A DNA stretch of 64,000 nucleotides. It comes from an uncultured Spirochaetia bacterium (GTDB lineage: Bacteria; Spirochaetota; Spirochaetia; JABEVK01). The stretch spans positions 2,702-66,701 of the forward strand of contig CALGPJ010000012.1 of the NCBI GenBank assembly GCA_937960645.1, in the 5' to 3' direction. The position numbers and the translations under genes were made by a program. Shown here piece after piece: positions 1 through 9,474 of this stretch (position 1 is its first letter; every line of letters starts with the position of its first letter). The notes beneath the pieces were generated by a model, which made no database searches, was not told the DNA's origin, and was given only the letters and a program-made list of their open reading frames with translations.

Positions 1-458
1 AAACCCCGTTTCGGGGAAGCCTCTGGTCCAAGCTCATCGTGTTCCTGTTTTCCAATGTTGCCGGAGCCTTCGTGGTCCTCCCCTACGAGGCTCTTCGCTC
101 CTCGGAGCCCAAACGGCTGCCGCCGCGCTGGTTTTTCCGGCTCGGGCATTCTCGATGGTTTGCCCTGATACTCTTTGCCATTGCCGGATCGATCTTCCTC
201 TTCGCGATCGTCAAGGGAGGATTCAAGGATTACCTGGAGTTACTCATGCAATCGAGCTTTGTCCGAGTGATGCTGGCCGATTTCCTGCTCTTTCATGCTC
301 TGGCGCTTCGATTGCTGTTACGTGACAGCCGTGACCGCGAGGCCCGATATCATCCGGCACAGTACCTGTTTTTCGCGATCCCGCTCTTTGGCCCGCTTAC
401 CTACCTATTGTTTCGTAAACAACTGGAGGCCGCCCATCCCGCGATGGTGCGGTATTAA
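1..458 (+). CDS. hypothetical multi-pass membrane protein, 5-prime end probably outside the window
   Basis: The frame is open from the window edge, with no stop upstream of the GTG at 39. Hydrophobic helices include WFALILFAIAGSIFLFAIV and LFFAIPLFGPLTYLLF. No family recognised. Confidence 0.45.
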   Translation, partial: TPFRGSLWSKLIVFLFSNVAGAFVVLPYEALRSSEPKRLPPRWFFRLGHSRWFALILFAIAGSIFLFAIVKGGFKDYLELLMQSSFVRVMLADFLLFHALALRLLLRDSRDREARYHPAQYLFFAIPLFGPLTYLLFRKQLEAAHPAMVRY

Positions 459-468
459 ACGTGCTAAC

Positions 469-1602
469 CTACAGCTTGGCTTGATGAAGCTTGGCGAGAC
501 GCTCAGCAAGCATTCGGGCTAAAAAAAAGGCATACTGGGGTTTTTCTTTCAGCGTTTGAATGTATTCCTGTTTGCTGATCTTGATCAGGGTCCCCTGCGA
601 CATCGCTTTGACAGTGGCCGTACGCTTGTTTTTGAGGAGAAAACTCATTTCGCCCAGGAAGACATCGACGGGGCTGAGCGTGCTGATTCTTTTGCCGTTG
701 GCTACCACCTCGTATTCCCCGGACACGATGAAGAAAAGATGACTCGACTCCTCCCCCTGCTGGAACACCACATCACCCGGTTTGAAATGTTCCTGTTTTT
801 GTGAATCGAAGATGTTGGGGACGATACCGCCATGCGATTTTTGATGCTGGACTTGAAGAACCAGGGTCCGATTGGCGTCCCGGAGGCTGTAGCTCAGAAA
901 GGAATCTGCGGAGGCGGTAAGACGATCCCAGGTAAAGCTGCGATCTTCGGTCGCAATCAAAAACTGGGAATCGTTTTGCCCCACGTGGTACTCCAGGTGA
1001 ATCTTGCCCGTACCGTGTCCATGATCGTGCTCCACAATCCACATGAGTTTTTCCAAAAGGGCTGTGAAAAGCCTTTCCTTTTCTAAAACACCGATCAGGT
1101 TGGCGTTGGCCAAAAAATTCACCAAAAGGTTGACATAGGTCAACAGGTCGAAGGCATCCCGGTCGATTTGAAAACTTCCGTCCAGATTGGATTTAACCAG
1201 GGAATTGAAGTTCCATTGGTTGAGCAGGTTGGGGTGGGCAGCGAGAACGCCGAGAACACGGTTAAAATAGTGCCCTACCCGGTTTTTTTCGATGTAGGTC
1301 AGGATGTTGATCCCCTTCAGTTTGCGGATTTTTTCGGCCTCCTGGCTGTTTTCATAGATAAAAATACAAGCGCCGTAGTGAAGCCAGGGATCACGCATCA
1401 ATTCATCGACGATCGACTCGATGTGGATGACCTTATCGCTCCAGTTGATGACATTGATTTCGGGCAGTTCATAATTCAGGTATTGGATACCCATCGTTTT
1501 GGTTTTGAGAACGGTCAGTTCGAAGTAAGGGTATTTGGCAACGCTCTCCCTGATCAGCGAATTGAGTCCATCGTCCGTAGACAAAAGGAGTATTTCTGGC
1601 AT
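469..1602 (-). CDS. cyclic-nucleotide-binding domain protein with receiver-like N-terminus
   Basis: C-terminal cNMP-binding barrel (FKPGDVVFQQGEESSHLFFIVSGEYEVV ... FLGEMSFLLKNKRTATVKA). The N-terminus is receiver-like (ILLLSTDDG). Its ATG lies 2 nt after the cheW stop. Confidence 0.7.
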   Translation of the reverse strand: MPEILLLSTDDGLNSLIRESVAKYPYFELTVLKTKTMGIQYLNYELPEINVINWSDKVIHIESIVDELMRDPWLHYGACIFIYENSQEAEKIRKLKGINILTYIEKNRVGHYFNRVLGVLAAHPNLLNQWNFNSLVKSNLDGSFQIDRDAFDLLTYVNLLVNFLANANLIGVLEKERLFTALLEKLMWIVEHDHGHGTGKIHLEYHVGQNDSQFLIATEDRSFTWDRLTASADSFLSYSLRDANRTLVLQVQHQKSHGGIVPNIFDSQKQEHFKPGDVVFQQGEESSHLFFIVSGEYEVVANGKRISTLSPVDVFLGEMSFLLKNKRTATVKAMSQGTLIKISKQEYIQTLKEKPQYAFFLARMLAERLAKLHQAKL

Positions 1603-1604
1603 CC

Positions 1605-2126
1605 TCAGCTTACCTTCATACCGGAAGGAAGGTCGTCTTCATCCAACAGCTTATCGACATCGAGGAGGATACGGATAGAGTCCCCGACCTTGCCAATGCC
1701 CATGATGTATTGCTTATTGAATTTCTTGTTCATTACTTGAACTGGGGGCTCGATTTGATCCGCGGGGATGTCCTGAACCTCGGCCACGGTATCGACGATC
1801 AATCCAAAAGATTGATCTTTGGATTTGACGATGATGATGCAGGTACGATCATCGTATTCTCGGGCACTCAGGTTGAAACGCACCCTCAGATCGATTACCG
1901 GCAACACGTTTCCTCGGAGGTTGATCAAACCCTTGATATACCCCGGGACATCGGGAACGGCCGTAATTTTCTGAAGCTCGACGATATTGATGACGGTTTG
2001 AATCGGAATCCCGTAGAGTTCCTCCCCGAGAGGAAACAACAAGTACTTGTTTTGCTGCGTGTTCTCTTCTTCGTCGATCGAATCTTCCATCAGTTCGTCG
2101 TCCAGCATGGCTTCCCCTTGTTTCAT
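1605..2126 (-). CDS. cheW: chemotaxis coupling protein CheW
   Basis: CheW-like domain KYLLFPLGEELYGIPIQTVINIVE ... VPGYIKGLINLRGNVLPVIDLR. Met7 (2108), preceded by AAGGGG, is an alternative start. Confidence 0.85.
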   Translation of the reverse strand: MKQGEAMLDDELMEDSIDEEENTQQNKYLLFPLGEELYGIPIQTVINIVELQKITAVPDVPGYIKGLINLRGNVLPVIDLRVRFNLSAREYDDRTCIIIVKSKDQSFGLIVDTVAEVQDIPADQIEPPVQVMNKKFNKQYIMGIGKVGDSIRILLDVDKLLDEDDLPSGMKVS

Positions 2127-2183
2127 TATCAGACAATGTGGTAATTTTGTCCAGTCACCATTGTTTGTAATCCGGAGGGATCA

Positions 2184-3104
2184 TTGTCGATGCCAACTCC
2201 TGTGGTGGTGGTGAGCGGTTTTCTTGGCGCAGGCAAGACCACCCTGATCAACCGCTTCCTGAGCACCCATCAAAGGATACGTGCGGGTATTCTCTGCAAC
2301 GAGGCAGGATCGGAATCCTACGAGGCATGGAACTATCATCACGATGTTTATCGTCTGGAAAACCTTCACGCACCTTGTTTGACATGTTTGGGTGTGGATC
2401 GATTTGCCATGGCCCTGAGCCGACTCATCCGCCGATCGAAAGCACGAGTTGTCCTTATCGAGGCTTCGGGTTTGACCCACCTGCCCACCTTGATACATCG
2501 CCTCGAAGCTCCTCAACTTCAAAACCTTGTTCAATTTGCAGGAGTGATTCACGTGGTGGACGCCTTGAATGGGCGCCGTCAGCTGGACCTGTATCCCGAA
2601 GCAAAAAGCGGCCTCCGCTACGCCTCCCTTGTGTTTCTTTCCAAGGCCGACGGTATCCCCCCGGTCGATCGCGAGGATTTGATCCATGACCTGAAAAAGA
2701 TTCGCCCCGATCTGACAGTTTGTGATCATCCCGATCGATTACCCTGGACAAGTTTATTGGCCACGCATTATCCACGTTCGGAAAATAATACCTTTTTTCA
2801 AAAGCACGTTCATTCCGACCTGAGTTTTCTGGAATACTTTCAGGATCGCCCTCTAACCCTGGAAGGATTCAAAGCCTTTCTTAAAAAGCCCCGCGAAAAC
2901 CTCTACCGAATCAAGGGCCAACTTTATCTGAGACACCCCTCGGCTCGTTTCAACCGCTACATCATCAATCATGCCTTTGCCCAAACCCGTCTCGACGCAC
3001 GTCCCTGGCCCCTGTTCCGTCGAAAAACGACCCGGCTTCTTTTGGTGGGCAATGGTTTGAACCAAGATGAGCTTTTTCAGGAACTCGATGCCCTTATTGG
3101 CTAA
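2184..3104 (+). CDS. COG0523/CobW-family G3E GTPase (metallochaperone-like)
   Basis: P-loop VVVVSGFLGAGKTTLINRFL and overall CobW layout. The usual CxCC metal motif reads CLTC. ATG 2190, with GGAGGG upstream, is an alternative start. Confidence 0.85.
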   Translation: MSMPTPVVVVSGFLGAGKTTLINRFLSTHQRIRAGILCNEAGSESYEAWNYHHDVYRLENLHAPCLTCLGVDRFAMALSRLIRRSKARVVLIEASGLTHLPTLIHRLEAPQLQNLVQFAGVIHVVDALNGRRQLDLYPEAKSGLRYASLVFLSKADGIPPVDREDLIHDLKKIRPDLTVCDHPDRLPWTSLLATHYPRSENNTFFQKHVHSDLSFLEYFQDRPLTLEGFKAFLKKPRENLYRIKGQLYLRHPSARFNRYIINHAFAQTRLDARPWPLFRRKTTRLLLVGNGLNQDELFQELDALIG

Positions 3105-4002
3105 ATGTGTCCTTCTGACTTTGGTTTTGGCTGTGACATCGGCCCAGGTCAACCCTTTTTCCGGTCGTTCGGTTCCCGCCGAGCCTGCTGTTGCCGCCCC
3201 CTTGCCGTTTTTCGAATTGCTGCGGCAAATTCAACGGGAACTTCACCGAACCATGGTGGAAACCATGAATCAGGCGCAGCAGTCCCTCCTGTTTTGGCCC
3301 CTGCTCTTTCTGGTTACCTTCGGCTACGGTATCCTCCACAGCCTTCTGCCGGGACATCAAAAAGGTCTCGTGGTCGGGTATCTGATGAACCACCGGGAGG
3401 GGCCCCCCGAGGCCTTGATTCTGGGAATCCTGATGGCAACAGCACACTTTCTTTCCAGCCTCCTGCTTTACCTCGCGATGATGCTGCTACAGTATCTGGC
3501 CGTGGGGGCCCTCAGCCTCATCGAATCTCAAGCCCTGGTCACGCGTATCTTTTCCTCGATTTCGGCCCTTGGCATCCTGGTGCTGGCGGTTTTTCTTGTC
3601 CGGGAATCATGGCACCACCTCCAACAACTGAGACGCCAAAAAGCGCTCCAGGAGGTGACCAAAATCCTGGACATCCCCACCAACGAAACTGGCCCCCGGG
3701 TACAAAATCGCCATCTCCGCGGGGTGTTGTTCGTATCGGCCATGGTCCCCTGTCCGGGAACGATGCTGGTATTGCTTTTTGCCTTTTCTCTGGGGGCCCA
3801 TGGCCTCGGCCTGTTGTCTATCCTCGGGATTTCGTTGGGTAACGGAGTCTTGATCGGGACCCTGGCCCTTTTGACGATTCTTGCCAGGAAAAACGGTGAG
3901 GCCCTGGCAAGCCAGCATGGCCTGGAAATCGCCGCCGCGTTTATTCAGCTGGGCACGGTGTTGCTCCTTGCCCTGTCTGCCGTTTCTATCCTGACGATCT
4001 AA
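3067..4002 (+). CDS. metal (Ni/Co-type) transporter-like membrane protein, COG2215/NicO-like
   Basis: Signal-like N-terminus and about 6 TM helices. The HSLLPGHQKG motif resembles the PGHGK signature of RcnA/NicO-type transporters. The gene overlaps the end of the GTPase gene. Confidence 0.55.
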   Translation: MSFFRNSMPLLAKCVLLTLVLAVTSAQVNPFSGRSVPAEPAVAAPLPFFELLRQIQRELHRTMVETMNQAQQSLLFWPLLFLVTFGYGILHSLLPGHQKGLVVGYLMNHREGPPEALILGILMATAHFLSSLLLYLAMMLLQYLAVGALSLIESQALVTRIFSSISALGILVLAVFLVRESWHHLQQLRRQKALQEVTKILDIPTNETGPRVQNRHLRGVLFVSAMVPCPGTMLVLLFAFSLGAHGLGLLSILGISLGNGVLIGTLALLTILARKNGEALASQHGLEIAAAFIQLGTVLLLALSAVSILTI

Positions 4003-4010
4003 GGGCGAAT

Positions 4011-5690
4011 TCAGAGCTCCAACCTGCGGTGCCCCTGGTAGAGTTTGTCGCGCTGGGCCTTGACCTCGGGCGAACGCAGGTATGTCTCAAAATCGCAGCG
4101 GCGGTCGATGAATCCCCCCGGCGTGAGTTCGATGATACGGTTAGCAGTACTGGCCACCAGCTGATGGTCATGGCTGGTAAAGACGAGCACCTGATCGTAT
4201 TCCTCGAGGGCTGTGTTCAGACTGGTAATCGCTTCCAGATCGAGATGGTTGGTCGGCTCGTCCATTAAAAGCACGTTGGGGCCCTGCAGCATCAGCCGCG
4301 CCAGAAGACAACGCACCCGTTCACCGCCGGAGAGCACGTTCACGGGTTTTTGGGTCTCGTCGCCGCTGAATAGCATCCGTCCCAGAAAGCCTCGAATGAA
4401 GGTATCGTCGTCCTCCTTGCTGAAGGGCCTAAGCCAATCCACCAGGTTTTCGGTTCCTTGAAAGAGACGGGTGTTGTCCTTTGGGAAGTAGCCGATCTGA
4501 ATGGTTTGCCCCCATTCCAGGTTGCCGCTGTCCGGCGCGACCTCGCCGGCTAAAAGCTGCAGCAGCAGGGTCTTGAGACCAGCCTCGCCCAAAAGAGCGA
4601 TTTTGTCTCCCTGCTCCACCACCAGATCAAAGTCCTTGAGTGGGCTCACCCCTTCGACGGTTTTGGAAAGCCGATTAACCCGCAGCACACTCTTTCCACA
4701 GGGACGCTCCGGCTTGAACGCGATGTAGGGGTACTTGCGATTGCTGGGCCGTAGGCTCTCCAAATCCAGCTTTTCAAGCAGCTTCTGACGGCTGGTGGCC
4801 TGACGGCTTTTGGCAGCATTGTGGGCAAACCGCATGATAAAGGCCTTGAGCTCGGCCGCCTTTTCTTCGGCTCGGCGCTTTTCGTCCCGGCGCTGACGGG
4901 CTAAAATCTGACTGCTCTCGTACCAGAAATCATAATTGCCCACATAAAGTTGGATCGTGCCGTAGTCGATGTCGGCGATGTGGGTACACACCTGGTTCAG
5001 GAAGTGGCGGTCATGGCTGACCACAATCACAGTGTTTTTGAATTCGTAGAGAAAGTCTTCGAGCCAGGCGATGGACTCCATATCGAGGTGGTTGGTCGGC
5101 TCGTCCAAAAGGAGAATGTCCGGATTGCCGAAAAGGGATTGCGCCAGAAGGACCCTCACCTTTTCCCCACCTTCCAGTTCGCGCATCAGTTTCGTGTGAT
5201 AACTTTCCTCGATCCCCAGCCCATCCAGAAGAGTGGCGGCCTCGCTTTCGGCTTCCCATCCATTCAGCTCGGCAAACTCGCCCTCGAGTTCGCTGATGCG
5301 AAGACCTTCCTCATCCGTCAAAGACTCCTTGGCATAGAGGGCCTCTTTTTCCTGCATGATCTCGTAAAGCCTTCTGTGCCCCATGATGACGGTATTCAGG
5401 ACGGTGTGGTCGTCGAAGGCAAATTGGTTTTGTTGCAATACTGCCATCCGCAGACCCCTGGGGATCGAGATCGATCCACTGGAAGGTTCAATCTCACCGG
5501 ACAGGATTTTGAGAAAGGTGGACTTGCCGGCGCCGTTGGCCCCGATCAAACCGTAACAATTGCCGGGGTTGAATTGAATGTTGACGTCCTTGAACAGGAA
5601 GCGCTTCCCAAAAGCCAAAGAAAGATTGTTGACGGTAATCACGACATCATGCTGGTCATGCGTGGCACTCCTGTCAAGAGCGTCGATCAA
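4011..5690 (-). CDS. ABC-F family ATPase (two fused ABC cassettes, no TM domain)
   Basis: Cassette 1: GANGAGKSTFLKIL, LSGGEKVRVLLA, LLLDEPTNHLD, SHDRHFLN. A charged inter-cassette linker (RRDEKRRAEEKAAELKAF) follows. Cassette 2: LSGGERVRCLLA and LLMDEPTNHLD, with a degenerate P-loop LLGEAGLKT. Confidence 0.85.
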   Translation of the reverse strand: MIDALDRSATHDQHDVVITVNNLSLAFGKRFLFKDVNIQFNPGNCYGLIGANGAGKSTFLKILSGEIEPSSGSISIPRGLRMAVLQQNQFAFDDHTVLNTVIMGHRRLYEIMQEKEALYAKESLTDEEGLRISELEGEFAELNGWEAESEAATLLDGLGIEESYHTKLMRELEGGEKVRVLLAQSLFGNPDILLLDEPTNHLDMESIAWLEDFLYEFKNTVIVVSHDRHFLNQVCTHIADIDYGTIQLYVGNYDFWYESSQILARQRRDEKRRAEEKAAELKAFIMRFAHNAAKSRQATSRQKLLEKLDLESLRPSNRKYPYIAFKPERPCGKSVLRVNRLSKTVEGVSPLKDFDLVVEQGDKIALLGEAGLKTLLLQLLAGEVAPDSGNLEWGQTIQIGYFPKDNTRLFQGTENLVDWLRPFSKEDDDTFIRGFLGRMLFSGDETQKPVNVLSGGERVRCLLARLMLQGPNVLLMDEPTNHLDLEAITSLNTALEEYDQVLVFTSHDHQLVASTANRIIELTPGGFIDRRCDFETYLRSPEVKAQRDKLYQGHRRLEL

Positions 5691-6952
5691 TGATCTGATT
5701 TTTCATTACCCAATAACAACATCAGGATGGCACGTAGGGCAAACACGGCGAACAAAAAAGTCAGGGCCGCGGATGCCGCCAGAGGGCGTAATTGCCGCAA
5801 ACCGACATCGACAAGATGGTAAACTTCGGCGGGAAAAAGGGCCCACAAATCGGGATAGAGCCACCCTCGAATGAAATCCAGCAGAACAACGAAGAGTCCT
5901 GTTTCGATCAGGGACCTGCCTGCGGACCGCAGACATCGTCGGGTATATTCCCCGAAGCGCGCCGGTAGAACCAAAAAATGCATCACGTAGGAGCTCGGTA
6001 AACCGAGAGCGATGCCTGCCAGTAGGAGGCCTGGTTGGCTGGTTTCCTCGAAGCCATTTTCCAGAACGAAGACAGGAATGAGGGTAAGCGCGTAAACCAG
6101 GCCCAGGAAGGCATACCAGAGCAGAGCACCCGACCCACTTTCGGAAACAGCAACCATGAGCGGGCGCAGGAAGGTCGCCAGGGCCAGAATGGCTCCCAAA
6201 CCAAAAATGAGTGTAGTCGGATATCGGGCAAGGACCAGCAACTTGACGATGAGTTTCCTTACCGGATGATTCGGTTTGGCTTCGTTGAGGTACAACCAGA
6301 GGCTCAAACTTGCCGGCAAGGCCAGGACAAAACCCAGGAAAATGACCAATAACCAGGGTAATAGAAGAAGGATGCCAACGTTTTCGTTTTCCGAAAAGGA
6401 GGCACCTTCCCGGCTCCAGAAATGACTCAACCAAAATTGTGTTTCGGCACGCACCCGTCTCCCCTTGATTTCCTCGATCTGGCGGATCGCCGTGAGAGCC
6501 TCCTCGATCCGAGATTGCTGAAAGAGGGCCTGGAGGCCGGAGAACGAAGCAACAACCTGCGGCCGCAGCACGTAACGGTCCAGGAGATACACCAGGTCGG
6601 CCTGCGTCAGATTGTCCAGGAGCACCAACCGAACCGACTCCCACGGGAGCTCGGAAACCGTGCTCCCAAGGGTCCGTGCATGCAATTCCACCACCGCGGG
6701 AAACCTCCGTTCGGCAAAGGCACGCAAGGTCGAGGCCGGGACGTGCGCAAAAATCCATCGAACCTGTTGTTCCCGGGGATAATCCTGCAGCCCAGGAATT
6801 TCCTGCTGAAAACCCGAGGGAATGAAGCGATCGACCAGGATGGAAGCCGTCCAGGATTCGTTGAGCAGAACGAGCACGACCGCGATGGGAAGCAAGGCTG
6901 TGAAAATGCTCGAGGCGAGGCCGGTGGCGCGAAAAACGACGTCATTACTCAT
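5687..6952 (-). CDS. ABC-transporter-type permease with large extracytoplasmic loop
   Basis: Multi-pass membrane protein with an EAA-like loop (GIALGLPSSYVMHFLVLPARFG). Start set at ATG 6952 (Met27 of the ORF-track ORF), just after the upstream stop. Its stop overlaps the ABC-F ATG (ATGA). Confidence 0.6.
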   Translation of the reverse strand: MSNDVVFRATGLASSIFTALLPIAVVLVLLNESWTASILVDRFIPSGFQQEIPGLQDYPREQQVRWIFAHVPASTLRAFAERRFPAVVELHARTLGSTVSELPWESVRLVLLDNLTQADLVYLLDRYVLRPQVVASFSGLQALFQQSRIEEALTAIRQIEEIKGRRVRAETQFWLSHFWSREGASFSENENVGILLLLPWLLVIFLGFVLALPASLSLWLYLNEAKPNHPVRKLIVKLLVLARYPTTLIFGLGAILALATFLRPLMVAVSESGSGALLWYAFLGLVYALTLIPVFVLENGFEETSQPGLLLAGIALGLPSSYVMHFLVLPARFGEYTRRCLRSAGRSLIETGLFVVLLDFIRGWLYPDLWALFPAEVYHLVDVGLRQLRPLAASAALTFLFAVFALRAILMLLLGNEKSDH

Positions 6953-7823
6953 CGTTCGAATCCCTGCCAGTTTTCGATGCCGAAGAGGTTCTAACCCATC
7001 CCGAGGATTCAACCAGGCGGTCCGCGACAATTTTGCAAACCACGATGAGAAAAAACAAAACCAGGGCCGTGAGGGCCAAACTGGAAAAACGACCCGCGGC
7101 CGCTTCCGCAGGCGCCTGCCGAAGCAAAAGACCGGCGAGGGTTGTGGTTTGATCAGGGCCCACCAGAAGTGCCGGCAGCACTGCCTCCCCCAGGCCTCGG
7201 GCCCCCATCACCCAGCAAATACTCATCAGGGGCCGCGCGCTGAGGGGAAGGAGAAGATCCTTGATGAGTTGGCCTCGCGTGGCCCCCAGGTGCAGGGCCG
7301 TTTGACGGATATTGGCCGCGACATTTTGAAAAATTCGGTAAAATTCCCAACTCAGCAGGGGTAGAAAACAGAGCGAAAACGCCACGATAAGGTTGGCGCT
7401 GGGATCCAAACTTGCCCAAAATACCGCGACGACGAGGGTGGGAATGTAGTGAGCCGCTTTCAAAAAGGGCAGAATCCTTGTTCGAAAACGGGTCGAAGCG
7501 GCCTCGCTCAAATAAAGACCCGCCACTAAAGCGATAGGAAGGGCCAATACAAGTCCCGCCCCCACCGTCACCAGGGTGGGTCCGAGGAGACTCCCCAGAC
7601 GCTGCAGCGTCCCCAGAGCGTCGTGCCGCTGGGTGACGGCGAACAGAACAAGGAGTGCGGGAAAAAACAAGAGACTGACGGCCACACTAAAGGCCAAGGC
7701 ACGGCTTGACGCCAACAGCACACGAGCTGACAGGGGAATGTTCACTTTCTCGGAAGGGCCTCGGCGCTTCAAAACAGCCTCGATACTTTTGTAAATAATC
7801 GGAAATATCGTTGCAGTTGACAT
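6945..7823 (-). CDS. ABC transporter permease (binding-protein-dependent transport type)
   Basis: Six hydrophobic helices and an EAA loop TALHLGATRGQLIKDLLLPLSARP. Confidence 0.7.
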   Translation of the reverse strand: MSTATIFPIIYKSIEAVLKRRGPSEKVNIPLSARVLLASSRALAFSVAVSLLFFPALLVLFAVTQRHDALGTLQRLGSLLGPTLVTVGAGLVLALPIALVAGLYLSEAASTRFRTRILPFLKAAHYIPTLVVAVFWASLDPSANLIVAFSLCFLPLLSWEFYRIFQNVAANIRQTALHLGATRGQLIKDLLLPLSARPLMSICWVMGARGLGEAVLPALLVGPDQTTTLAGLLLRQAPAEAAAGRFSSLALTALVLFFLIVVCKIVADRLVESSGWVRTSSASKTGRDSNDE

Positions 7824-7907
7824 TCAATAAGTAGTGGTGAACAGGCACAAAAAACAGAGGTATCTCCAGCCATCACGTGAAAATTATATGTGGCCATGCG
7901 GCCATCA

Positions 7908-7937
7908 TCAAGAAAGCCGGACCCCGAAAGGTCCGGC
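7908..7937 (-). terminator. intrinsic terminator after the porin gene
   Basis: The minus strand reads GCCGGACC-tttcgg-GGTCCGGC followed by TTTCTT, about 25 nt after the stop at 7961. Confidence 0.6.
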
Positions 7938-7960
7938 CTGAAAAATTTTAGAGAAAACGA

Positions 7961-9319
7961 TTAGTAGTTGACAGTCATCCCGAAGGTGATCGCACCGTCG
8001 ATGTCCATTTCCGCGCCGATCTTGGAAGTGTTGAAGTCCGCCACGTAGCCCAACCGGATCTCGTTTCGACCTTCGATCAGCCGAATGGAGGGGTAAAGCC
8101 GGAATTTGTCCGCTGGCGCCGTGGCACCCGAAGCATCCCTGGCGGTCTCGTAGGTGAAGTCAAGAGCAGGTTTGAAATCGTAACCAAACAGAAGACCCTT
8201 GAAGAGGTAGCTCACGTAACCATCGATGTACAAGGCGTTGTCGTCATATTTTTCGTAGGGCTTGGTGGGCGAGTTGGGGATTTCATAGCCCGTGTTGAAG
8301 AATTTGGAGAGCACGTCGATTCCGAAGGCCAGCCCTTCCCAGGTGAAGCCCAGGGTAGCGTTGAGGTCCTGGGCGCGCACCGAGAAATTATCCCCTCGGA
8401 ACGCAACGCCGTACTGCAGCCCCATCTTCAGGCCTTTCACGAGTCCAAAAAAGTCCTTGGTGATATTGACACCCACATGGGTGACGTTGAAACCAGTCTT
8501 TTCGTCGGAACCGAAATAATTTCCAAAGCCACCAGAGAATGAAGCCGAAGTAAGGAAGGAGTTTTTGATATCGTCTCCGTAGAGCCAGCCGCCCACAAAC
8601 TTGAGGCCGAGGTCCTTCACGTCTACGAAGAAATTGACGTCAACGCGGTCACCGCTGGCCAACCAGGCGCCATCGACACCCGTCGATGTATCCAGTTTCC
8701 AGGGCAGGAACACTCCCAGGCCGACATCGACCGGGGCCTTGTCGAGTACCTGAAGGTTGGACAGAACCTGGATGGGCTTGAGCTGGAACTCGAAGCCCTC
8801 AGAGGCACGGCCGCCGCTGTAGTTACCGAAACCAATGTTGTCCCCAGCCCCATAAAAGAAGACGTTGTAATCGCCGGTGATGCGCGTCCGCCCGCCGGTC
8901 ACCCGGAAAGCTTTTTTCCATAATTGAGCGTAGGCACTCGCATACTCGAGATCGATCAGGCCACCGATCAGGTAGGGATTAACAAGCGTCTGGGCCAATC
9001 GGTAATGGAGACGGGCTCTCAGACCGAAGTCGCCACTGGTGTAGTCGAAGTTGAACCGGAAACGGGTGTTTTCGGGCGAAGCGTCGTAGGCACCGGTCTG
9101 GAATGCATCCAGGTTGAACAGGCCGGAGTAGGCCAGGTAGCCGCTGATCCTGATGCGGTTTTCCAGGGCCTTGACCCGATCTCCCAATTCCTTTTCCAAC
9201 TTCTCCACACGCTCGCCCAGCTGGGGTTGCGAAGGTGCGGGAGTGGCTTCCTCCGATTGGGCGTAGATGCCCAAACCCAACAATGTTGCCATGAGGGCAA
9301 CGAGATATCTGTTTTTCAT
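7961..9319 (-). CDS. outer-membrane porin-like beta-barrel with N-terminal coiled coil
   Basis: Start at ATG 9319, with AAGGAGG upstream. Signal peptide MKNRYLVALMATLLGLGIYAQ, then coiled segment LGERVEKLEKELGDRVKALENR. Alternating beta pattern, ending in an aromatic residue (TFGMTVNY). Confidence 0.6.
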   Translation of the reverse strand: MKNRYLVALMATLLGLGIYAQSEEATPAPSQPQLGERVEKLEKELGDRVKALENRIRISGYLAYSGLFNLDAFQTGAYDASPENTRFRFNFDYTSGDFGLRARLHYRLAQTLVNPYLIGGLIDLEYASAYAQLWKKAFRVTGGRTRITGDYNVFFYGAGDNIGFGNYSGGRASEGFEFQLKPIQVLSNLQVLDKAPVDVGLGVFLPWKLDTSTGVDGAWLASGDRVDVNFFVDVKDLGLKFVGGWLYGDDIKNSFLTSASFSGGFGNYFGSDEKTGFNVTHVGVNITKDFFGLVKGLKMGLQYGVAFRGDNFSVRAQDLNATLGFTWEGLAFGIDVLSKFFNTGYEIPNSPTKPYEKYDDNALYIDGYVSYLFKGLLFGYDFKPALDFTYETARDASGATAPADKFRLYPSIRLIEGRNEIRLGYVADFNTSKIGAEMDIDGAITFGMTVNY

Positions 9320-9474
9320 CCTTGAAATCCTCCTTGGATTTTGTTTCACACCACAGATACAGAATTTGAGTGGTGATGTTCAAGAAGGTTTTGGGCATTC
9401 TTACCAATATTTAACACGATTTACCGATTTTTAACAATTTGACGAAAAACCGTAACAGATTTTTAAAGGGGTTC

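Noticed and set aside
5706-6758. 350-aa alternate-frame ORF on the minus strand
   Set aside because: It lies on the same strand as the permease gene but in another frame. It is Pro/Gly/Arg-rich with no TM helices, and the permease frame has the hydrophobic periodicity and EAA loop.
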